Assembly (NCBI GenBank): GCA_964016885.1
Contig: OZ024740.1
Location: 323,144,001-323,208,000, forward strand
Source of the DNA: Eledone cirrhosa
Lineage: Eukaryota
DNA: 64,000 nt
Direction of reading: 5' to 3'
Positions 13,799 to 25,507 of the stretch are shown here, piece by piece. Each line of letters begins with the position of its first letter. The first letter of the stretch is position 1. Both the position numbers and the translations under genes were made by a program. Under the pieces are notes generated by a model, which worked only from the letters and a program-made list of their open reading frames with translations, had not been told where the DNA came from and ran no database searches.

Positions 13799-14072
13799 GA
13801 TTTCATTTATTGGCCACAAGGGCCGACATATAGGGGACAATACAAAAGACTGGGACAGTGGGGTTTTACAGAAAAATTGAGTAAACAATATGAATAACAA
13901 TGACAAAGTAACAAAGTAACCATAAAGTAACAATAAAAGTACAACAAGAAAAAATTCCCAATAGGAGGGATCGCCACCTAGGATTCGCTCAGGTACCCAC
14001 CAGTCCTGAACGACCCGACGCTTCGAGAGCACCCTGGAAGGGTACCCCTCTCCTCCTCAAATTTACCTACCT

Positions 14073-17000
14073 ACAGCCGCATGATCAGAGTAGGCCCACT
14101 CACGCGGGCCATTCTCGCCACATTCACCCACCTTTCAGCAAATGTACTGGGGGGGGGGGAGCACTTCTCTCTCCACCCTCACCTTCCTTTCCAAGTGAAA
14201 CTTGAAAATGTTGATGAGGGATTGAGGGATTGACCGAAGAGAAAAGTGTCTGTCTTCAGTCCTTTCAACCTCGTCCACCATACAACCTCTTTCGCTACTG
14301 CCACCAGACAGAGGAAAATTGCCTGCCCTTCCTGGCCAAAAGAAGACGGCGGGTCGATCTTCACTATGGACTCGGCCGATCGCCGGATCCGTTCTACACG
14401 CGACAACAGCTGTTCAACATAACTCCACAAGTCAGTAATGCACGGACACTGGACAAATGCGTGCAGAACGGTTTCGTCGCTCTGCGCGCATCTCGGGCAG
14501 GTCCGTCTGACAACACTTACGTGACTGTAGAGTTTATCTCGAACCGACAGTGCCCCCCGGTAGCACTGCCAATCGAGGGATTTTTTGAAATTATCCATCG
14601 TCCCCGGCTCGAAAGTCCTCTGGTACAGACTGGTTAGTTCGACTTCGTCGACTCCCAGAGCCTCTCCGAGTGCGTCGTCGCACTTGCCCACCACTAATCC
14701 TCTATAGAACTCGAGAGTGGAAGTTCCACTGACCGCATTGCCCGCCTGGTAGAGGGCAGTGAGTGCCTGGCAACATTCCAGATGCCAGTCACCCAGTCTT
14801 GGTCTCTTCTTGACCCAGGACTGCAGCTCAGTTAAAGAAACGAGCTGCGGAAAGGCCCGTCTGACAAACGGCGACCACACCTGTTCACCGCTTAGGCAGA
14901 ATATCTGGAGATGTCGCAGCCTCAGCGCGTGCCTGAGCATCATTAGCCACGGCATGCCCAGCCCTCCAGGTAGAGGGTGCTGGCATAAGATGCACCGCCT
15001 CACCAGCGGAACCTGACCCCTCCACAAGAATTTGAAGAGGAGCCGCTCCAAGATGGCGAGGCGCGAACGGGGGCAAGGCACGACGGTCAGACGGTAGTAG
15101 ATGACGGACGCGATGTACGCCTTCGCTACCTCCGCCCGACCTTTCAGTGATAGCTTCATCCCAGCCCATTTCTGGGTGAGACTTGCTACCCTGCCCGTCA
15201 ACTCGTCCGAATTCTTATCCACCTGGAGGTCTGGCCCGAACCAAACCCCGAGCAACTTTACCGGCCCGTCCGTCCAGCGCCTAACGACACTGTTGGACGG
15301 CATGGACTTGCCTCTCCAGGTGCCGAGTTGCAAGCCCACCGACTTTTCCTGGTTAAGTTTTGCTCCCGTCAACCTTTCATATTCCTCGAATAAGTTGCCG
15401 ACCACCTCAATTTCTGAGGTGTCCGACACCATCACGGTGCTGTCGTCCGCATAAGCCGACACAGCCTTCCTGCGTCCCGGTTCGAGCGGGATGCCCTGCA
15501 ACAGCTCCAGCTTCCGCAATAAAGGCTCGAGAGTCAATACGTACAGAAGAGAGGAGAGATGGCACCCTTGACGGACTGATCGGGAGACCGAGAGGTGGCC
15601 ATTAATTTTGACCATCGAGCAGGTGCCGCTGTGCATTGCAGCGATCCAACTTCTGATGACGGGGCCGAAGCCAGCCGCCTTGAGGACAGCCTCCAGGTAC
15701 CGATGCTCGACCTTATCGAATGCTTTCGATTGATCTAAATTGATCAGAACCCCACCAAGCAAGGTTTAAACCCTACCCTCTCTATAATGTATCGCATTAG
15801 GTGGAGGTTGTCGTGTATGGACCTGGTTGGGATTGCGCAAGTTTGCGCCTCCCCAACCAAATCCGCGCCGACAAGCGCCAACCTCTTCGCTAACACCCTG
15901 GCCAAAATCTTAAACTCTGTGTTGAGCAGAGTTATGGGCCTGAAATTGTCTAATGTGTCCCTCTTGTTCTCGTCTTTCCTTATCAGCATCACTAGGCCCC
16001 GGCTCACAGAACTGGGAATACTCCCGTTTTGCTGCCAGTTGCAGTAGAGGGCTTCGAGGAGATTAGAGAACAAGTCTGGCATATTTACGTAAAGCGCGTA
16101 GGGCAGACCATCCAAACCGGGTGACTTGCGCCTCATGCAGCCGACAAGGGCATCCTGAATCTCGGCTGAAGTAATTGGCCTTTCGCAGCGCCCAGCGTCA
16201 CCCGTCGAGAGTTGCGGCAAGCCATCGAGGTAGGGAGTGAAGTCTTCCACCGTCTCTGACCCGCCACTTCCCCCGAACAACCGAGCAAAATGTTGGCGAA
16301 AGGCCTCCCACATCCGCTTGGAATCGCTCAGCTCGTGTCCGTCTCGGTCCGTCAAAGACCGAATCGTGGTTTTATTACCACGCTGCGCCTCTGCCACGCG
16401 GGCCCATCGAACAGCTTTGGTTCCCTCGTTTCTCAGAGCACGCGCCTTAGTTCTGACAATGCAACCTTCCTGTTTCAAATTAAAGAAATGGTCTAATGCC
16501 ATTCTCGCCGCTAGCACGTCAGTTGCAATGCCACTACCAGTAGCCTCGTCTAACTTATCTACCAACTCCCCCTCCTTTCTATTTTTCTCTAACGCTACTT
16601 CTTTGCTAAACTCTATCGACATTACACTAATCTCTCTTTTGAGAGCCTCCCCCCCACCATCTATTGTTGACGACTCCCCCTGTCAACTTTTTCTTAACTT
16701 AATTGTTGACCTGGTCCCTGTAAGCCTTACGTGCCGTAAATGACATGTTTAGCTTCCAGTAACCAGGTCCTAACCTACGTGTCTTATCTAGGTCGACCAT
16801 ACAGATCACAAACTTGTGATCTGAATAGGCGACCGTTTTAAAACGTGGACAGCCCACACTATTTCTATCTATTTTCCTAATGAATATCCTGTCTATATAC
16901 GATCTAGATGACCCTATGCGGTTAGTCCAGGTCCACACTGGCGCATTAGGGAAATCTAGTCGGTACCTGTCAGACAGTTGGAACTGGCTGATCAGGTTCT

Positions 17001-17544
17001 TGAGGCTTTTGCACCCGCCGCTCCTATCGGATACTCCCACACAGTCCCAGCGCGCGTCTAAGATGCCTTTCCAATCGGATACTCCCACACAGTCCCAGCG
17101 TGCGTCTAAGATGCCTTTCCAGTACTCCGCTAACAGTAATGGGCGAGATGTAGCCAGAAAGGCTTCCAGGCGTCTAAAGAAGTCCGGCCGTCCTTCCCCA
17201 GTAGGGGCATAGACGGCCAGCAGTCTAAAGGCACCACCTTCGTTATTGTTCACGTCCAGGACCACCAACTTCCCGTCCGGGTCCCGGAAGATCGACCTTA
17301 CTTCGAGACCCAGGCCTTTCCTAAACAGCACTGCCACCCCGCCTCCCATTCCCGGCCGGATAACAGATGCAAAGATCTGATAGTCGTCGAAAATGGGGGC
17401 AAGTGCGCGCGTGTCGTAAATCCTGGTCTCGTTGACGGCAATTACATCCATTTCTAGAGACCTGAGGTCGTTGAGCAGGTGACCCTGCTTCCAGGACGAT
17501 CCCAGGCCTCGAACATTTAAACTTCCTACTCTTAATACGGCCAT
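14073..17544 (-). pseudogene. Tx1 ORF2: AP endonuclease + reverse transcriptase + C-terminal Zn knuckle, frameshifted into pieces (16699-17544, 15744-16622, 14179-15762)
   Basis: SLNVRGL, NET, VYAP, SYIDRI, YSDH, GYWKLN (APE); KSPGLDG, NFRPITLLN, KAFD, VRQG, YADD (RT); CPRC..ETVLHAFVQC. Confidence 0.93.
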
Positions 17545-17579
17545 GTTGGCAGGTTAAAAAGAGAGAGGAAAGGTTTACT

Positions 17580-19284
17580 TACCTTCCGGGTAATGTGCTC
17601 GATTTAAAAATTCCCCCCTCTTTTTGTCTATTTTCACTTCGTGCTACGAGGGCCATCAGTTCCTTGTTGGCCCTCCTGACGAGCAGGAAGTTTTGTATGT
17701 TTTGTTGGTGTGATTTTATTTGTTTGCGTGGCTGTGGTGGTGATGGTTTTGGTGGTGTTGTTTCGGTTGTGTTTGTTGTGAGTGCGGTGTCTGTGGTTTC
17801 AGATGTTTGTGTGTATATTTGTTCTTGCGTCTGTTTAGGTTGTTTGCGTTTGGGGGATTCTGGTGATGGTGATGGTGGTGTTGATGATGGTGTTATCGGA
17901 GAGATATTTGCGTGGGTGGTGTCTGCGTTTTTTTATTGTGGGTGATTTTGTGCTTTGTTGAGTTTTTTTTTCTTTTTGTGTTTCCTTTTTTCTGTATTTT
18001 GGGGGATTTTGGTTTTCCCTCATCTTCACTACTGGAAGATGAAGGGCCTGTGTCTGTAAGTGTGTCTGTGTGTGTGTTTATGGTTTTATTGGTGTGTGTA
18101 TTTTTGGAGGGGGGGGGGGAGAATTTGATAGCTTTCCTCGTTTTCCCTCTGGGTGGTCAATGTTGGTGGTGGTCTTTCTATTGGTGTTGTTGTTGGTGGT
18201 TTTTTTCGGTGCTGGTGTCGGTTGTGGTCCTCGCCCCGGCGTCGGCAGCAGTGGAGCCTTTCGCCCCCTTTTGCCTTCGGTCATAATATGAATGACGGTT
18301 CCATTCTGAAGGCGGATGTGGTCCGGGATTGTCTTCACATTCTCGAGCCTGATCTGGAGAAGGATCTCCAGGTCAACCCCGGACCAGTCCTCTCTGGCCG
18401 TTCTGGTCACCTCTATCGGGACGGTATCCGTCCCCTCCGCAATCATACATCCCAGAAGCCAAAACATGTCAAGTCCTGGTGGGATTCTGGGAATGCGGAG
18501 ACGGGCCGTTCTTTTTCCCATGTGGGAGGGGTACATTATGACCTTGCTGGTTTTGCAAGGAGTCATAGCGTGTTTCATAGCGAGGGCTTCTGACTTGAAC
18601 AACACCGAAATGGTGCCGTACTGTCTGCCCCTCTCTATGTACTGGGTGTCTTCTCTGATGCACCTCAGCGCGACTTCGACATCTGCTTGTGGGATAAAAG
18701 CTGCCCTTTTGGTTTGTGCTGAGATGCATCTATAATGCACCGTTCTGCGTTCCAGTGCCTCAATAGCTTCTACCGGAACAGTTAAGTTGGCCCAGGTTTG
18801 CTCTTGCTTGATGAGCTTCCATGCCTGGGCCAACTTTTCATCTTTGTTTGAGAGGTCCATGTTGAAGCATGGCCTCTTTTTTGCTGCTGCTGCCGCAGCG
18901 AAAGTGTTCTTCTTATTGTCGTTGGGGGTGTTGTTGTCGTTGTCGTTGTTCTTGTTGGTGTTGTTGTTATCACTGTCGCTGTTATTATTGTTGTCTTTGG
19001 TGCCACCGTTGTTCTCGGTGCAGTTGGTATTGTTGCTGTTAGTGTTGTCGCTGTTTGTTTTCATGTTAGTAGTGTTGATATTGTTGTTGCATTTGTCATT
19101 TTTTTTGTTATCTGTTTTTTCGTTGTCGCTGTTACTGTCATTTCTTTCAAATGTTTGTGGTGGTGTTTGTGTTATCAATATATGTTAATTTCGCCGTAGC
19201 GCCCCTTTCAACTTCTACATCGTTGTCGCACGACAGCAGACATATAGCTGGGGGGCGTGGCTCAGCCATGTTGTTTTTTGTCAT
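17580..19284 (-). pseudogene. Tx1 ORF1 (gag-like), frameshifted; core ORF 18078-19178
   Basis: Directly upstream of ORF2; Asn/Thr-rich N-terminus, TFAAAAAAKK motif, globular core, Lys/Thr-rich tail broken at the poly-G run near 18110. Confidence 0.7.
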
Positions 19285-19498
19285 CTCGATAATTTTTTAA
19301 AATCTAAAAAATTTCAAATATTTGGGCCAAAAGGTCCAAATATTATTCTTTCCCCTTCACAGGGCAAAGTCCAAGGGCTTGTATGCCTTACACAACAACA
19401 CAAAATTCAATAAATCAGTTTTGATAGGTAAATAAGTGAACTTACGGGAGCGAGCAAAAAGACGTCCGTTCAGACTCAATAATAATAATAATAATAAT

Positions 19499-19606
19499 GA
19501 TTTCTTTATTGGCCACAAGGGCAGATATCAAGAAAAAACATTACAGACGGCACAGGACAGTACAGGACGGTACGATGTGGATTTTGTGCGTGTAAAGATT
19601 TTTATT
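19499..19606 (-). mobile_element. Extreme 3' fragment of a related Tx1 subfamily
   Basis: GATTTCTTTATTGGCCACAAGGGC matches the Tx1 3' terminus at 13799; bounded by (AAT)n. Confidence 0.7.
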
Positions 19607-19618
19607 ATTTATATAATG

Positions 19619-19665
<47 letters not shown>

Positions 19666-19666
<1 letters not shown>

Positions 19667-22600
19667 TTTGTGTTCGTCTACAGCGTGGTGATAATGCCAC
19701 ACAAGGGCCAAGTGGAGCGGCGCAACCACCGGAGACGGTGAATTCACAGATGGTTATGTAACCATACTTTCGCCAATCCTCGATAAGAGTGTTTAAATAT
19801 CGAACCTAAACAGTTCGAATAACGGTGAAATGGAGACTAGAACGTCATGTGACAGACTCTCACCCAACAGGTGCTCCCTGGCTCAGCAGCAGGAACCTGG
19901 CTGTCAACCAAATACTGCTGGTGTCGGAGGAAGAAGAAGAAGGAAAGGGACCAGAACCAACTGGACGAAAGAATTGAATAGAACTGTTATGCAATGTTAC
20001 CTGAAAAGTAACCCCAAGGAGAGGGGCTATAGGAGACGGATGCATAACATCTGGAACGAGATTGGTCTATTTAAATTAGATGAACAAAAATTGGCCGGGC
20101 AGGCTCGGGTAATAAGAACTAATGGGTGGATAAGTGAGCTGGAACTGGAGGAACTGAGCAGAGAGAATATCTTGGAGATGGAGGGTGTAGTATGCCAGAC
20201 AAACGAGCCAGTGGGAAATGAAGGTGAAGAGGTCGAGAGAACGGAGGAACCACCCGAAGCAGACAATGATCTGAATACTGAGATAAATAATACCTGGAAC
20301 AGAGATACGGCCACTGAGGAGATGAATGCTGACGGGCTAGGACAAGATTCGGTTGACATCCTAAATTTAGTGGTAGATGAATTGAACAATGATAGTGGGA
20401 GACCTATGAACCTAAGATTTGTAGACAGGAAAAAGTTAAAAGAAACAACAGCTAAGGTAAACAAAGTCATCCCATACCTTGAGGCGAGGAGCCTTCACCA
20501 GTGCAACAATATCCTCAAAGCAACAGCAAATACGGTGAGGAAACTACTTGGTATAAAAGCGAGAGGAAACAACAGACAAGAAAGAGCAGAGCCTTGGTGG
20601 AAGAAACGACTGAGTGGTCAAATCAAGGAAATGAGAAATGACATAGGAAAGCTTGAGTCACTACTGAATGGGACACTAAAAAACATAGGCACTAAAAATA
20701 GACTGGAAATAAAGTACAAAACTAGGAGGAAAAAGCTAAATATTATCATAGAGGAACTGAAGCAACGCATTGTAGCAAAGAGTGCAAAAATCAGGCGATA
20801 CGAGAACAGAGTCAGTCAGTATAAACAGAACCGCATGTTCGACAACAACCAGAAGATGCTGTTTGGACAGCTTGAGGGGAAAGAAAGAGGCAACGACTTG
20901 ATCCCTGAGGCGGAACAAACTAAAACATTCTGGAGAGGAATATGGGAGCAGGATGTTAGACATAATGACCAGACAGGGTGGATTGAGACAGTACAGGGGG
21001 AGATCGGTGAGCAGGCACACCAACAAACTGATTTGAGTATCACAGTTGAAACTCTTAAGGGGCAGGCCAAAAAACTAACCAACTGGAAATCACCAGGCCC
21101 AGATGGTGTGCAGGGGTATTGGATTAAAAATATAACATACCTCCACCCGAAACTGACAACCATGTTCAATGACTGCTTGATGTCAGGTGAGGTACCAGAG
21201 TGGTTGACAAAAGGTACCACAGTTCTGATAATGAAAGACCGAATCAAGGGTAATGATGTTACCAACTATAGACCTATCACATGTCTGTCCGTAATGTGGA
21301 AACTGTTGACGAGCATTGTGTCTGAGGAAATCTACCATCACCTCTAAACAAACAACTTGTTACCGGACGAACAGAAAGGATGCCGAAAGAAGTCACATGG
21401 TACAAAGGACCAGTTACTTATTGATAAGATGGTAATGGGGAATTGCAGGAGGAGACACACTGATCTTGCCATGGGGTGGATAGACTACAGAAAGGCATTT
21501 GACATGGTGCCTCATTCTTGGATCACCAAAAGCCTGGAGATCTTCAAGGTGGCAGATAACATCAGACAGTTGCTGGGCAAGAGTATTAGGTCCTGGGAAA
21601 CAGAGTTGACATCAACTGGAGAATCCTTGGGAAGCGTGAAGATCAAGAGAGGTATCTTCCAGGGAGATAGCCTGTCCCCTCTGTTGTTTGTCCTTGCCCT
21701 GATGCCCCTGACCAGTGTACTGCGAAAAGTGAGAGCAGGATACGGGTTGGGAAGGGGAGAGCTTACCATCAATCACCTCCTCTTCATGGACGATCTTAAG
21801 CTCTTCGGGAAAAGTGAGAAGGAGTTGGATGTGCTTGTTGACACTGTCCGTATTTTCAGCAGTGATATATGTATGCAGTTTGGTATTAGTAAGTGTGGAG
21901 TCATTGTGATGAGGAGGGGTAGGTTGAGCAGAAGTAACGGAATCCAGATACCAACAGGTGAGATGATAAAGGAAATTGACTCTGAGGAAGGATACAAGTA
22001 TTTGGGCGTTCTGGAGGCTGATGGCATAAAGAACAAAAAAATGAAGGAATTGTTAAGAACTGAATACATTCGGAGAGTAAGGAGCGTATTGAAGTCACAT
22101 CTGAACAGCAGAAATGCCATAAGCGCAGTAAATTCCCGAGCTGTGTCTATTATTAGGTACAGTGCGGGAATTCTGAGATGGAATGTTGCTGAACAAAAAG
22201 AAATGGATAGGAAGACTAGGAAGCAATTGATTATCTACAACATGTTCCACAAGAGGAGTGATGTCGATAGACTCTACCTAAGGAGATCTGAGGGTGGAAG
22301 AGGTCTTATCAGCATAGAGGACTGTGTTCAGATGGAGAAAAACAACCTACACAAATACGTGACTGATAGTAAGGAGCCAATGCTCAGAACTGTACTGAAG
22401 GAGGGTACAATAGGCCAGGGGATGTCCAAGGAGGAAATAACATCAAGGAGAAAGAGCAGCCTTCAGGAAAAATCCCTTCATCGTACCTTCTTTGAGAAAA
22501 CTGAATTTAGAGATCCACAGACATGGAACTGGTTGAGAAGAGGAGACCTTAAAAAGGCTACAGAAGGAATGTTAATGGCTGCGCAGGAGCAGGCCCTCAA

Positions 22601-23301
22601 AACGAAATGGTTGAAACACCATATTTACAAGGGGGAGGCTAGCCCACTGTGCAGGATCTGTGGAGAGAGAGAGAGGAGACTGTGGCTCACATTGTATCCG
22701 AGTGTAAACACCTAGCCCAGACCCACTATAAGGGCTGAAGACATGATGTGATGGGCAGGGTGATCCACCGGCACCTGTGCAAAGTAAACAATTTACCACA
22801 TTCTGAGAAATGGTATGAGCATAGACCAGAGGCGGTGATGGAGAACGATCAGGTGAAGGTGCTGTGGGATTTTAGGATACAGACGGACAAGAAACTGGAA
22901 CACAATAGACCTGACCTGGTGGTTGTGGACAAAGAAAAAAGATCGTGTCTGATTGTGGATGTGGCCTGCCCATTCGACACGGGAGTGCAAGAGAAGGAGA
23001 GGGAGAAAATTAACCGATACCAGGACTTAAAGTGGGAGGTAAAAAGGATTTGGAACTGCCATGAAGTCAAAGTGATCCCGATTGTCATAGGCGCACTGGG
23101 GACTATCTCCAAAAGTTTCCAGGGATGGTTAAAGAAAATCGACCCCTTCACGCTTTTTGGAACGCTTCAAAAGGCATGCTTGCTGGGAACAGCAAGAACC
23201 CTCCGATACGTCCTGAATATCTGAGGCTGCAGGTAGTGGCTTGATATTCATTTCAACAAACTTTCCAGTTAACTTACATCAATGACTGAGACTCAAAGAA
23301 C
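19666..23301 (+). mobile_element. Full-length R4/Dong-type RLE non-LTR retrotransposon (~3.6 kb) in (AAT)n
   Basis: Single-ORF architecture, short structured UTRs, (AAT)n at both ends. Confidence 0.92.
19830..23224 (+). pseudogene. R4-clade ORF: N-terminal domain + RT + CCHC + PD-(D/E)XK restriction-like endonuclease, three lesions
   Basis: WTKELN..MQCY..GYRRRM..W..EQKLAGQ; [43 protein letters not shown]; [15 protein letters not shown]; RPDLVVVD..DVACP..KINRY. In-frame TAA at 21345, (GA)n slippage frameshift near 22670, TGG>TGA near 22736. Confidence 0.93.
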
Positions 23302-23321
23302 AATAATAATAATAATAATAA

Positions 23322-24808
23322 TTTCATTTATTAGCCACAAGGGCCGACATGTAGGGGACAATACAAAGACAGGGACAGTGGGGGTTTACAATAAGGTCGA
23401 GTAAAAGTGCATAATGGCAAGACTGATTTAACAATGAAGATATACAAAATATAAAATAAACTATTCATAAATATAACAAAATAAATTCCCCGATAGGGGG
23501 TGGACGACTCTGGGGTGCTTTAGGTACCCCACCAATCCTGAACCCCTTGCGCTTCTAGGGCACCCATGGAGAGCCCCCCTCTCCTCAACTTAGCTAGCCT
23601 ATAGGCGCATGGTCAGAGTAGGCCCATTCACATGGGCCATTCTCGCCACATTCATCCACCTTTTAGTAAATGTACTGGGGAGCAGCACTTCTCTCTCCAC
23701 CCTCACCTTCCTTTCCAGGTGAAACTTGAAGAAGTTGATGAGGGATTGGCCGAAGAGAAAAGTGTCTGTCTTCAGTCCTTTTAATCTGTTCCACCATACA
23801 ACCTCTTTCGCAACTGCCACCAGACAGAGGAAATTTTCCTGCTCTTCCTGATCTAAGGAAGGCGGCGGATCGATCTTCACTATGGACACGGCCGATAGCC
23901 GGATCCGTTCTACACGTGATAACAGCTGTTTAACATAACTCCACAAGTCAGTGATGCACGGACATTGGACAAGTGCGTGCAGAACGGTTTCGTCGTTCTG
24001 CGCGCATCTTGGGCAGGTCCGTCTGAAAAGCACTTCCATGCCTGTAGAGTTTATCCCGAACCGGCAGTGCCCCCCGGTAGCACTGCCAAGCGAGGGATTT
24101 ATGGAAATTGTCCATCGTCCCCGGCTTGAAAGTCCTCCGGTTCAGACTGGTCAGTTTGACTTCGTCGAGGCCCAAAGCATCTCCGAGTACGTCATCGCAC
24201 TTGCCCACGAGTAATACTCTATAGAACTCGAGAGTGGAAGTTCCACTGATCGCATTGCCCGCTTGGTAGAGGGCAGTGAGTGGCGGGCAACATTCCAGGT
24301 GCCAGTCACTCAGTCTCGGTCTCTTCTTGACCCAGGACCGCAGCTCAGCCAAAGAAACGAGCTGCAGAAAGGCCCGTCTGATAAACGGCGACCACACCTG
24401 TTCACCGCTGAGGCAGAATAGCTGGAGATGTCGCAGCCTCAACGCATATCTGCGCATCATTAGCCACGGCATGCCCAGCTCTCCGCGTAGAGGGTGCTGG
24501 CAGCAGATGAACCGCCTCACCAACGGAACTTGTCCCCTCCACAAGAATTTGAAGAGAAGCTGTTCCAGCTTGACGAGGCGCGGACGGGGGCAAGGCACGA
24601 CGGGCAGGCGGTAGTAGATGACGGACGCAATGTATGCATTCGCTACCTCCGCGCGACCTTTCAGTGATAGCTTCCTCCCAGCCCATTTTTTAGTGAGACT
24701 GGCTAATCTGCTCGTTACTTCGTCCCAATTCTTTTCCACCTGGAGGTCATGTCCGAAACAAACCCCGAGCAACTTTACCGGTCCGTCCGTCCAGCTCCCC
24801 ACGACGCT
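23322..24808 (-). mobile_element. 5'-truncated second copy of the Tx1 element
   Basis: ORFs 23599-24039 and 23948-24802 are clearly homologous to 14179-15290; same 3' terminus; (AAT)n flanks. Confidence 0.92.
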
Positions 24809-24830
24809 AATAATAATAATAATAATAATA

Positions 24831-25486
24831 AATCTACACTGGGTAATATGTCGGCATTACAAAATCAAAGCTGAAGACAAGTGGTACAATCATCACCCCG
24901 AGGCTGTAACTGAAGGAGAAAAAGTAACAATTCTCTGGGACTTTCCAGTACATACTGACAGGACCAGAAAAGCAAATAGACCTGACATCATTATAAAATA
25001 TCAACATAACAAGGTCTGTTTATTGTTAGATATGAGCATCCCGTGTGATCACAATATCGCGGTAAAAGAATTTGAAAAGCTACGAATTTATAAAGATCTG
25101 CTTATTGAAATTGAGAAAATGTGGCACCTCAAGGCCGTTACAATACCAGTGATTGTGGGAGGTCTGGCAATGATCAAGAAAGGAACAGAACAATATTTGC
25201 GAATGATTCCTGGTTTACTCTCTCTGCACGAGGTGCAAAAAATTGTTTTGACTGGTACTGCACACGTATTGAGAAGAGCACTATCTCTGTAAGATTGATA
25301 TCCCCTCCTTGTATTTACATATGCATATGCATATGTGTTATATGTAGACAGTTTTTCTTTTTTTTTTTTAAATCAATGTGCTGTATTAACTGGCTTGCCA
25401 ATGCACACTGTGAATTTATTTGCCCTAGGTATCAGGAAGACACTCGGCATATATCTCAGAAACAACAATGAAAGAGAATATAAAAT
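24831..25486 (+). mobile_element. 3' fragment of a second R4-type family (RLE domain + 3' UTR)
   Basis: LHWVICRHY..WYNHHPEAV..ILWDFPVHTD..NRPDIII..DMSIP..EKLRIYKDL..IPVIVGGL; homologous to but distant from 22748-23224. Confidence 0.88.
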
Positions 25487-25507
25487 GATAATAATAATAA
25501 TAATAAT

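Larger units (their letters stand above)
13799..19477 (-). mobile_element. Full-length (~5.7 kb) decayed Tx1/L1-clade non-LTR retrotransposon in (AAT)n
   Basis: 5' UTR, ORF1, ORF2 (APE-RT-CCHC) and 3' UTR ending AATAAATGAAATC(ATT)n; (AAT)n on both sides. Confidence 0.92.

Noticed and set aside
21345-21347. Programmed stop-codon read-through or two-ORF organisation in the R4 element
   Set aside because: The TAA falls inside the RT domain and the copy has other lesions; a simple nonsense mutation is more parsimonious.
24618-25292. 224-aa ORF as a novel fusion protein
   Set aside because: Chance read-through of antisense Tx1 sequence, (AAT)n and an R4 RLE fragment; the same applies to 25335-25934.
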